The notes under the pieces: model-generated
Database searches by the model: none
The model's input: only the letters and a program-made list of their open reading frames with translations
Told to the model about the DNA's origin: nothing
In this document: piece after piece, positions 13,316 to 24,220 of the stretch
How the letters are laid out: each line of letters starts with the position of its first letter
Numbering within the stretch: the first letter of the stretch is position 1
Program-made: the position numbers and the translations under genes
Source: the human T2T-CHM13v2.0 reference genome, Homo sapiens
Length of the DNA: 64,000 nucleotides
Assembly (NCBI RefSeq): GCF_009914755.1
Contig: NC_060925.1
Strand: one strand, 5' to 3'

Positions 13316-16300
13316 GGCTTCCTGCTCCCTCCCTGTTTACCCCTTTCATCGCCCTGCTTCCCAACCGCCCCCTGACTCTGCTCCCCATTTTCTGCACGCC
13401 TGCGCCCCCGCTGCAGCCCGGGACCTCCTCGTGGGGGTCCACGATTGTAGCACCACCAGGTAGCGGCATCCCACCTCTTCCACCTCGCCGCCGCCACAGC
13501 ACCAGGAGCCTGGCTTGCTGTGCGGGGAGCGGCGGGCCAGGGCCTGACCTCAAAGACGCAGGGGCGGGTTCCCTGCAGTCCTGAGAGGTTTCCGCTCCCG
13601 GAACCTCCAGGTAATTCAATTCACTCATCCGGCGCTGCCTCCACCGTCCAAGCTGGGGGAAGGGGCGGGCAGGGGCAGCGGGCTGCTTTCCCGGGGGGAA
13701 GGCATTGCCTTCGCCAGTCACCAGGAAAACCGTAACTGTACACCCGGAATCCCATTGCCAACAACTTCATGTAAACTCCAGTCCCAAGGACACAAGAGAG
13801 ACCCAGGCCTCAGGCCCCATGGGCACTCTCGGCGTCAGGGCTCTCGCCAGACAGACTGGGGCAGTCTACAAATCTCGGGGCCCACCGCAACAAGTGGACA
13901 GGAAGGAGCAAATTAAGGGAAAACCCTACGAAACACACCTCCAACGCAACCAACCAATCCAAGAAAAAACACGTTTCAGGGCTCCATTGGCCCACCCTCG
14001 TGGGCGGCCCTGCCGCCCTGTTCTGGCTCAGCTCAAGCACCCTCCACCCTACCCCAGCCTGCTCAAAGGGGCCCTGTGTACTGGAGCAGAACGCTTCCTC
14101 TCCAAGGCTCTATGGCTCTCGCTTTCTAGGTTCCTCACCCTCTCTCTTTCTCTTCTTCCCCCTTTACCTCGCGCTCTTTCTGTCACCTTTTCTCTCTCTC
14201 TCTCTCTCTCACCCTTCTGTCTTCACCCTCACCCTGCCTCTCTCTCTACTGCTGTCTCTCTCTTCCGCCGTTTCTATCTCTCCATCTCTCATTCTTTGCT
14301 CTCCTTCAAGCTGTCTCTGTATGTGTCTTTGTCTGTGTGTCTGTGTGTGTGTTTGCCCACGCGCGTGCACCCTTTGTGGGGGGGGGGGTGCGGTGGTTTA
14401 GCTCGTGGTGGTCATTAGTTGTGCCTGGGTGGGCCTCACCCCCTGTCTCACGGGATCAGACTGCCGGCTTTGGTGCCAGCGCGGGGCAAACAGTGCCCCT
14501 CCGCCGGACCCCTTGTTGCCCACAGGCAGGGTCCTCCTCGGGAAAGGCAACGGTGGTGAAGGCTTTGTGAGAAAGAGGGCCCGCGGGGCTGGGTCGGCTT
14601 ATCGCCCTTGGGCAGCCCTGGCGGCTCTGATTGGGTGGGGCAAGAGGGGGCCTTGCAGGAGGGGCAGCGAGGGATCCAAAACAATCCCTCAGCGCTAAGG
14701 CGGACGACCAGAGGGGATCCCAGGACCCAGGACCGTGGGCCCTGGGCCCTGACGCCTCGGAGCACACCCCGTCCTGAGCGGGCCCGATGTGGTTTCGGGA
14801 GCTCGGGAGCCGGGGGAAGGCCTGGAGCTTCAGCGGAAGGGAGGCTGCCTGGAGAGCCCAAAGCCTGTTCTGGCCCAGCCCAAGCACCCTCCACCTACCC
14901 AGGCCTGCTCAAAGGGGCCCTATCTACCAGAGCAGAGCGCTCCCTCTCCAAAGCTCTATTGCTCTCGCTCTCTAGGTCTCTCACCCTCTCTTTCTCTTCT
15001 TCCCCTCCACCTCGCGCTTTTTTTGTCGCCTTTTCTCTCTCTCTCTCTCTTTCTCTCTCTCCTCCCTCACCCTGTCTCTCTCTCTATGGCTTGGAGAGCG
15101 CTCTCTCTCCAGGGCTCTATCGCTTTCGCTCTCTAGTTCCCTCACCCTCTCTCTTTCTCTTTTTCCCCCTCCACCTTGCGCTCTTTCTGTCGCCTTCTCT
15201 CTCTCTGTCTTTCTCTCTTCCCTCACTATGTTTCTCTATCGCTGTCTCTCTCTCCCTCCGTTTCTATCTCTCCATCCCTCTTGCTCTTGCTCTCCTTCAA
15301 GCTGTGTGTGTGTGTGTGTGTGTGTGTGGCCGCAAGCTTGCGCCCCTGTGTGAATGGGTGGTTTTGCTCATGGTGGTCGTGAGTTGTGTCTGGGTGTGCC
15401 TCAGCCCCTCTCTCCCAGGATCAGGCTGCCGGCTTTGGTGCCAGCGCGGGGCAAAGCAGAACCCACCCGGCCCCCTTGTTGCCCACGGGCTGGGTCCTCG
15501 TCGGGACAGGGGACAGGGTTGAAGGCGTTTTGAGAAAGAGGGCCCGCAGGACTGGGTCGGCTGATCGCCCTTGGCCAGCCCTAGAGGCTCTGGGTGGGTG
15601 GGGCAAGAGGGGACCTTGCAGAGGGATCCAAAACAATCCCTCACTGCTAAGACAGAAGACCGGCGGGGATACCAGGACCGTGGGCCCTGGGCCCTGACGT
15701 CTCGGAGCACACCCGGTCCTGAGCGGGCCCGATGTAGTGGAAGCTCGGGAGCTCGGGAGCTGGGGAAAGGCCTGGAGCTTCGGCGGAAGGGAGGCCACCT
15801 CGAGAGCCCGAAGCCTGTGCAGGAGACAGAGGCCTCTGGCGCCCACGCCCGGCAGCAGGGCGGCGCTGTGGCTGTCCCACGCTTGGCCTGGCCACCAGCT
15901 ACTGCGGGAGGCTCTGGGAGGCCAGCGGAAGGCGCAGCGCGCGGTGGACGGTGCTCGGGCGTAGAGGGGGAGAGCGGCCGGTAGAGGGGGAGAGCAGACC
16001 AGCCCGGCCGCCGGCGAGCAGCTCAGGGGTACTTGATCCGAGCCCCGTGGACCCGGGGTTGCCGGGATGCCTGGAGTCGGGCGCGCAAGACTGAGCGGAG
16101 CTCTTAGGGCTGCCAGGCGTCTATGGCCATACCACCCTGAACGCGTCCAATCTCGTCTGATCTCTCGAGGCTAAGTAGGGTCAGGCCTGGTTAGTACTTA
16201 ACTGGGAGACCGCCTGGGAATAACGGGTGCTGTAGGCTTTTTGGTTTCCCGGTCCCTCCCACTTTCCTCCTTTTATCGCGATGCCTCCCAACCGCACCCT

Positions 16301-17360
16301 GACTCTGCTCCTCCTTTTCCGCCCGCCTGCGCCCTCGCGGTACCCTGGGACCTCCTCGTGGGGCGTCCGCCACTGCAGCACCGCCAGTTAGCAGCTTCCC
16401 AGCTCTTCCGCCTGGCAGCCACCCCATCAGTAGCCCAGCTCGCTGCCCGGGGCGGGGCGGGGAGGGCCGGGCCGGGGCCAACCTCGAAGGCTCAGGGGCG
16501 GGTTCCCTGCCGTCCAGGGTGTCTTCCCTCTCCCGGGACGCCCAGGGAATTTAATTCACTCATCCAGCGCCGCTGCCACTGTCCAAGCCGGGGGAAGGGG
16601 CGGGCAGGGGAAGCGGGCCCCACAAGACACCAGCCAAGACCTCCGCTCCAGAACGCATGGGCTACTTTCCCCAGGGGAAGGACATTGCCTTCTCCAGCCA
16701 CCAGGAAAACCGTCCCTGTGCACTCGGAATCCCATTGCCACCAACTTCGTATAAACTCCATTCCGGAGGACACGAGACAGACCCAGGCCTCTGCCCCGTG
16801 GGCATGCTCGGTGCCACAGCTCTGGCTAGAGGGACGGTTGCACTCTACAAATCTCGGGGCCCACCGCACCAAGAGGACAGGGAGGAGCCAACAAAGGAAA
16901 AGTCCTATGAAACGCACCACCAAAGCAACCAATCCAACAAAAAATACGTCTCAGGGCTCTGTTGGGTCACTCCGTTAGCCCTTCCACCCTGTTCTGGCCC
17001 AGCCCAAGCACCCTCCACCCTACCCTGTCCTGCTCAAAGGGGCCCTGTCTACCGGAGCAGAACACTCCCTCTCCAAGGCTCTATGGCTGTGTAAGTCCCT
17101 CATCCTCTCTCTTCTTCTTCCCCCTCCACCTCGTGCTCTTTCTGTAGCCTTCTCTCTCTCTCTCTCTCAATCCTGACTCACTCTGCCTCTCTATCACTGT
17201 CTTTCTCTCCCTCCGTTTCTATGTCTCCATCCCTCTCTCTTGCTCTCCTTCAAGCTGCCTGTGTCTGTGTCTTTGTCTGTGTGTCTGTGTGTGGGTGTAT
17301 GTTTGCAGGAGGGGCAGCGAGGTGTGTCTGGGTGCGTCTCAGCCCCTCTCTCCCGGGATC
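13316..17360 (+). repeat. Degenerate 5S rDNA intergenic spacer units (GC/CpG-rich, with (CT)n and (GT)n tracts)
   Basis: 13316-14450 is homologous to 16243-17360; internal tandem duplication ~14017-14863 / 14864-15813; CT and GT microsatellites in each unit. Confidence 0.9.
16119..16240 (+). rRNA. RNA5SP77: Full-length 5S rRNA pseudogene (probably RNA5SP77)
   Basis: GTCTATGGCCATACCACCCTGAACG...TGCTGTAGGCTTT aligns end to end with human 5S with several substitutions and +1 nt; T5 terminator 16238-16242; box C GGA>AAC. Symbol inferred from recalled gene order. Confidence 0.95.
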
Positions 17361-17509
17361 CAGGGTGTGTGTGTTGGGGGGAAGCTGTGGAAAGGGTGTT
17401 GAAGGAAAGTGACAATCAGCTTCCTGAAGGGCACTGACAGGCCATTATTCCTGTGGCTTGGCAAATTTTCTGTTTGAACTTATTTCTTGTTAAGGGTCCA
17501 AGTGTACTG

Positions 17510-17915
17510 ACTATGGAGATAAGAAAAGAATAGCTCTAAGTAGCTGAAGCTCTGTGAGGTACGGAAGATTTTTCTGGCCCAGAGAGACTTGAGTATGGGA
17601 TTTGAGACACATCTCCACACCCTTTCCCAGGGGCAATTGTTTAAAGGTATGTTGTTCCTAACTAGCTGTCTCATCTGGAATTTGTGATACAAAGAACAAT
17701 GTATAGCCAGTCAGTGACTTATGGATTTTAATGTAAATTTTTGATGAAAATTTTAGGAACTGCCTCTTTTCTTAAAACCCACTTGTAATGGTTACTAGTT
17801 GGAATGTATAATCAGGGCAACTTTAGTCTATGCTCTCAGGTAGGTATCCTAAACATATGCTTTTGAATATACTTTTGAAAATAGATTCTGACTTTTTTAT
17901 TATGATGGGTTGACA
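17510..17915 (+). mobile_element. Old ERV1 LTR, MER92/MER93-like
   Basis: ggagataagaaaagaatagctct...ggcccagagagacttgagtatggga...aagaacaatgtatagccagtca...gggttgaca resembles recalled MER93; boundaries approximate. Confidence 0.55.
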
Positions 17916-18374
17916 GGGGACTGGCCTGGGACACCTGCCTGGGTGTAAATACCCCAACCATGCGCTGCCCTGCCCAGCAGAAGAGGCGGGTGGACAGCAG
18001 GCCCCCTTTGGTCAGAAACACATGCATTGCATAGCTGTTCTGGACCTGGGTCCTGCTTGCAAGGACAGTTCCACAGGCGCACCGGAATGCGCCTCCCCTT
18101 TCCACCCGCCAGCATTCCCAAGCACGCCTCGGCTTCTGACTGTTCTGTGCTTTGGGAGGAAAACTCATCTTCAGGTTTTTCTCCAACAGAAGATGATGAT
18201 GACGTTGTTTAGACACTCAGGAACAGAGATTGCAGATTGGCTTAAGAGTGCGCCCTTTATTAAAGATGGTATGCATGGAAAGACATGGAACAATTTTGGA
18301 AGGATACAAAAAAAATTGCCCATTTTGTTAATAGTCTCATTCAACCCCTTTGCTGACCTCATCTCCTGTCACTC

Positions 18375-18900
18375 ATAACCAAAGGAGGCGGGTCCTGGAG
18401 CCCTGTCCAATCAGGGACATTGACGTGGGAACTGTCCAATCAGGAGCGCAGCTTGAGAGGCGGAGGGGGTTTCCGGGATCTGGCGGGGCCTTTGTCTTGT
18501 GCTCCAGCTGGAGCTTTGGTCCCGTATTCTCGGCTATTTATCCCCAGCTGCGGGAGGCCCTGGTGACTCTGCTGCTGCAGTGTCTGGTTTCCCTGTGACC
18601 TGCAGGTACTGGGAGTTACATAGCTAAGATGCCAGGACACCCCGAAAGCCGGAAAACGGTGAGAGTTCCCGGGAGGGTGTTCCAAGATGGCGGTCCGGCC
18701 TCCCGGCGTCAGCACTAGAGTCCGCGGCCCGGAGTCCCGGCTGGCACCTGTGGGATCTGTCACCTCTGGGTAGGGGCGGGGCCAGGCCGCCGCGGGATTC
18801 TCCTCCCATCACTGCGCCGCGGCTTCCGCCCCGGACTCTCTGGGCGGCTATGAAGCCGCAGCCCCGCGGGTCCCCCAGACTGTGTGCTTTGTCCAGAGGG
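18375..18900 (+). promoter_or_regulatory. CpG-island promoter of the KRAB-ZNF gene
   Basis: Two CCAATCAG boxes (18407, 18436) 29 bp apart, TGACGT at 18421, GC box GGCGGGGC at 18482, YY1 consensus CAAGATGGCGG at 18683-18693; high CpG density. Confidence 0.85.
18629..18658 (+). CDS. ZNF678: Exon 1 putative coding part (MPGHPESRKT) of a ZNF91-subfamily KRAB zinc-finger gene; exon starts ~18480, donor gtgaga at 18659
   Basis: ccctgtgacctgcaggtactgggagttacatagctaagATGCCAGGACACCCCGAAAGCCGGAAAACG|gtgaga is the typical ZNF91-family first exon (cf. MPGTPGSLEM). KRAB and finger exons are not in this window. Symbol from recalled neighbours; use of this ATG is unproven. Confidence 0.8.
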
Positions 18901-19608
18901 GAGGGTCATCGGGGAGAAGCCAAATCGGTGTGCGAAACATGCGTGGGAAGAGCTGTTCCATGGGGCTTATCTTAGCTGTGCAGTCCATCCTTTTTCCTGT
19001 GAAAAATGGAGTCACTTTTAAAGCTTTGAAGAGTTTGAGGAAAGGGAGTTTCATGAATGGGAGAGCGCCCAGCTATGGTGTGTGGCTTGTGGGTTTATGG
19101 AGGAGGTGCTTGAAGGAAAAACTTTTTTGTAAGGTGCATGAGGAAGCAAGCCAAATTTAATAATTGACGACAGTTACAGTCACCTTATTTGGACTGTCCA
19201 GGTGGAAATTTCCTGGTTATTTAATTACTGATTAATTGGAGTTTTGTGATTGGTTGAACTTGGATTTTGTTTCTACTTAAGGCAGTCATTAACAAGAAAT
19301 GCATTTGAGCTATTAATATTCTTTTTCATGTAGAAACGCAAGACACTAGAGCCACCTCAGTCTAATTGCCTGCTAATTATTTTAACACTGCACAAGAGAC
19401 TGCTTTTCCCCTGCATTTTCCAAATAACATGGAAAGCAGGGTCTTAAATCCACTCCTCTGTTCTCCCAGCCTGACTCTGGCCTGCAATAAAATACTAAAT
19501 TTTCAGTTTCTTTCCAAAATTCATAAAAACCACCATCACCTCTTCAGTTCACAACACTGTCAGCTATTTGTCTTTTATTGCGTACTCCAGGCACAATATT
19601 TTAATTAA

Positions 19609-20505
<897 letters not shown>

Positions 20506-20689
20506 TGTTTGTGGAACTCTTTAAAGATTTGTTATCTGTTTGTGAAGGCAGAGAATAACCTCTTGGCACTCTATTGTAAAGAAATATTTGTGCCACTCTG
20601 CTTTTTATCTTTCCTAGGCACAGACGCCTTGTACAAAATCTTTGAAAACTTTGGAAACTTTACAGCTGGTTGTATCCTCAGCCACTCTT

Positions 20690-20992
20690 TTTTATTTTTA
20701 TTTATTTTTTGAGACGGAGTCTCGCTCTGTCGCCCAGGCTGGAGCGCAGTGGCCTGATCTTGGCTCACTGCAAGCTCCGCCTCCCGTGTTCACGCCATTC
20801 TGCCTCAGCCTCCCGAGTAGCTGGGACTGCAGGAGCCCGCCACCATGCCCGGCTAGCTAATTTTTTTGTATTTTTAGTAGAGACGGGGTTTCACCGTGTT
20901 GGCCAGGATGGTCTTGATCTCCTGACCTCGTGATCCGCCCACCTCAGCCTCCCAAAGTGCTGGGATTACAGGCGTGAGCCACCGCGCCCGGC
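20690..20992 (-). mobile_element. AluY-like element
   Basis: gcaagctccgcctccc...ttcacgccattc diagnostic; 15-bp TSD tcctcagccactctt (20675-20689, 20993-21007). Confidence 0.93.
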
Positions 20993-21118
20993 TCCTCAGC
21001 CACTCTTATCCTAGTCCTGAATTTCAGAATTGTCTGGGAATGGCCCAAGATGCCCACAGTGGCTATGTCTCTTGGAGTATCTAGTGAATTTTGGTTCCTG
21101 GGTTTTTTCCTCCCAGAG

Positions 21119-21212
21119 GACAGCCTATGGCATGGAGATGGAGCCTCTCAGTGAAGCAGCTGGATGTCCTGGGGCTGAGAGAAGTCTTCTGGTACACCCT
21201 TCATCTAAAAAG
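21119..21212 (+). pseudogene. Non-functional homolog of the ZNF431/ZNF100-type extra exon 2
   Basis: Encodes ..EPLSEAAGCPGAERSLLVHPSSKK versus recalled ZNF431 [24 protein letters not shown]; pyrimidine tract and AG upstream; donor position reads ctaacc. Confidence 0.7.
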
Positions 21213-22619
21213 CTAACCCCTTAGACATTCTCCCCCAACCCCCAATTTCATTGCCTGGAGACACATCAGTGGTGTTGGGAAAAGACAGAAATAATTCCTG
21301 CCCTCTGGATTCTCAGACTTGTGAAGGGAGAAAAACTAGTCCAAAGGACAAGCAATAACTACTCCAGTGAGCTGGTGCGAGAACATGCAAAGCAAAACAT
21401 CCCTGGGGCACACCGTGAGGCACAGTGCAGTGTCTCCAGACAGAATGGTCAGTGAGCACTTCAGTGAGCAGAATGAGGGGTGGGAGAATGTCCCAAATTA
21501 TAGGATAGCCTGACTTGACGCTTGAGTCGGATGTGTCTGTGTTCCAGGTAGTACTGCTTCTCCCTGAGTTTGTCACCTTAAAAAGATTTGTTCACTTATT
21601 TCATCATCAGTTTTTTATGAAGTATATATTACACTTTATCAGTAGAGCTTGAAAGGTTAGAAAATATTTACAAAGGGTATGAACGTGGTGAATTCTAGGA
21701 AAAAAATATGTAGTCATATACTTCATTTGTTAAAAAACTCATTTACCTTTTTCTTCATCAGAGTGAGTGTAGTAAGTTTCTTAGTTCTGTTCTATTTTAA
21801 GGGTGATTTCAAACAGAATCTCAGGGCTTAAGTTTGGGAATTCTATCGGGGAGAAAAATAGGAAACGTCTCTTTTTCATTATGCCTATAGGAAACTCACT
21901 TTCACAAGACAGTATGGTAGATTAATTGGTAAATTATATAGATTCATGAAACATCAGTTCCTCTTTTTTACAGGGTGGATAATTTGTGACATTAAATGTT
22001 CTGTATTTAATTATCTGGACATCCAAATTCAATGCTAAGTTTTAGGAGATGGGACATGGCTCCTCTTAGAAGGGTTCACATTTAGTAAGTGTTTCCTAAA
22101 TGATCTGTTATAGAAATATTTAATTGACGTTTTTGTTATCTGAAAGGAATAGACACTTTTGCCTTTTCTTTTGAAATATAAAATGTAAGTGTCTTACAAT
22201 TTTATTCCCTTTTATAAACACTGTCTTTGAGTGATTTTGCTGAATTCTTCAAACTGGGCATTTTCTCATTTAAAACTAAATGAATAGCCCTGACTGGAAA
22301 GTAGAAGTCTGAGCCCAGTGACTCTAAGTTAAGGCCAATCTTGAGCCTGCAAAAGAAGGTCATTGAAGGCCCGGTTCTTCCTGAGGAGCCTCCTCTGCAG
22401 GTGTCCCAGCCTGCTCACACAAGCACGGAAGAGCCCTTTACATTGAGAGAAGCTACGGATCTCCTGGAAAGTGGGAGATCCATAGGCAGATGCAAATGTA
22501 GTTGGGTTGGAAGACGGGTTCAGAAGCTCTTTCTGAGGATAAATTTCATTGTCCTGGGCTGTTTCTAGACTTTGTCAAATAAAGCTAATTTATATTTACA
22601 TAAAAAGTTACTTAATTCT

Positions 22620-22779
22620 TTTTTTTTTGATTTTTTATTTTTATTTTTTTATTTTTTTTCCTCCAGAATTTTTCTTTATTTTCCATTGTAGTTTGGGTGA
22701 TTTTTTTAAAATTATTATTATACTTTAAGTTTTAGGGTACATGTGCACAATGTGCAGGTTAGTTACATATGTATACATG
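22620..22779 (-). mobile_element. Very short L1PA insertion with a 3' transduced segment
   Basis: 17-bp TSD aaaagttacttaattct (22603-22619, 22780-22796); ~70 bp of L1 3' end, ~40 bp non-L1 sequence containing AATAAA, second poly-A. Confidence 0.9.
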
Positions 22780-23070
22780 AAAAGTTACTTAATTCTAAAG
22801 GAATATTGCAACGGGAAAAATACCAACTATATCTGCAGTCATCTGAAATGTTAGGCAGAAAAGGGCTTTATTTAAAGAGGAACACACAAAACTAGAAAGA
22901 ATGTGGGAAGGGGAGGACAGGATGAAAGGTGCCAAAATTAGATCCTAGATCAGAGAATGTTTCACCCTGAGGTCAGCCTGTGTTTAGGAGGGGCATAAAG
23001 AGGAATTATTTGTTGGCTCAGGCTGAGTGTGTGTCAAAGTTCAGGGGCCTGTTGGAAAGAGAGAAGCTAA

Positions 23071-23220
23071 CCCATTTATGCCTAGTGTTCCATTATTGGA
23101 GCACTAAGCTTGTGGGAGTTATTTATACTTCCTACTGCTAGATGACCCTACTGCTCAGGGTCATCACCATGGTCTGATTTTTCACACACAAAAAAATTTG
23201 CCACCTCCAGCATAAATGGG
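23071..23220 (+). mobile_element. MER85 (piggyBac/PGBD3-derived MITE)
   Basis: TIRs CCCATTTATGC...GCATAAATGGG, flanks ctaa/ttaa, internal palindrome gttccattattggagc. Confidence 0.93.
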
Positions 23221-23489
23221 TTAAGTGGTGGTTGGTGAACAAGTACTTTTTTTTTTTTACCACTAAAGAGAATTGTTCAGGTGATTGTTTATGAGACAAA
23301 AATGGGAATTTGCAATCCGTGTCTGGCTTTGTAATAGGTTAAAAAAAAAGGGAGCATCATCTAAGTCAAAATGAGAAGAGTGTTTCTTTTCATTCAGCTG
23401 TTCTTTGAGAACATAAAGGATGGGGAATTTCTTCAATCACATGCATTTACCAGGATTGCCTACGCACCCAATCTTCTCCTGCCACTTTC

Positions 23490-23828
23490 CTTTGCTGTAT
23501 ACAGATCTTTCATTTGGCTGTTTTGAGATGTACTTTCATGACAAACTGGTACATGTTTTGCTGAGTTCTGTGAGGAGTTCTGTCAAATTATTGAACTTGA
23601 GTATGCGGTTATGGGAGTCCCAGAGTTACAGGCAGTCACTCAAGAAGTATAGGTGGGTCCCTGGTGCATGTGACTGGCCTTTGAAGTGTGGGCAGTGATG
23701 TGGGACTGAGGCCTGGCCTTGCAAGGTCTGTGCAAACTGAGTGGTGTCAGTATTGAATTATTGAGCAACCAGTGGTGTTGGAGAACTGGTTGGTGATCAG
23801 GAAACTCCACACATCTGGTGTCAGAAGT
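23490..23828 (+). mobile_element. MER21-like LTR fragment
   Basis: ctgagttctgtgag...aaattattgaac...gtgggactgag...catctggtgtcagaagt is characteristic of the recalled MER21 3' part. Confidence 0.6.
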
Positions 23829-23977
23829 TTTGTCAAAAGTGCAGGAGCGGCAGCTGGAGGCAGATGCCCTTTCTTAGCGAAGGGAGGCTCTGTTCTGTAC
23901 ACAGGCTGTCACACTGCACTGTCCTGTGATTCCAGGTGTCCTCCCAAGATGAGAGGGGACTGAGGACTTAGAGGTGT

Positions 23978-24220
23978 TGCTGGAGTGCAATCATAGCTAA
24001 CTGCAACCTGGAAATCTTGGGCTCAAGGACTTCCTGCCTCACCCTCTGGAATAACTAGGACTACAGGCATATACTACCATGCCTGGCTAATTTGTAAAGT
24101 TTTTGTAGAGACAGGGTCTCAGTATGTTGTCCAGACTGGTCTTGAACTCCTGGCCTCAAGGTTGCTTTCTACCTCAGCCTGCCAAGGTGCTAAGATTATA
24201 GGTGTGAACCCCCATGCCTG
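23978..24220 (-). mobile_element. AluJ, partial
   Basis: Diverged Alu motifs gctggagtgcaatcatagctaactgcaacc...gtagagacagggtctc. Confidence 0.85.

Noticed and set aside
13188-17437. Many long overlapping ORFs (up to 304 aa) on both strands
   Set aside because: They arise from GC-rich, stop-poor 5S spacer and CT/GT microsatellites; no recognisable domains.
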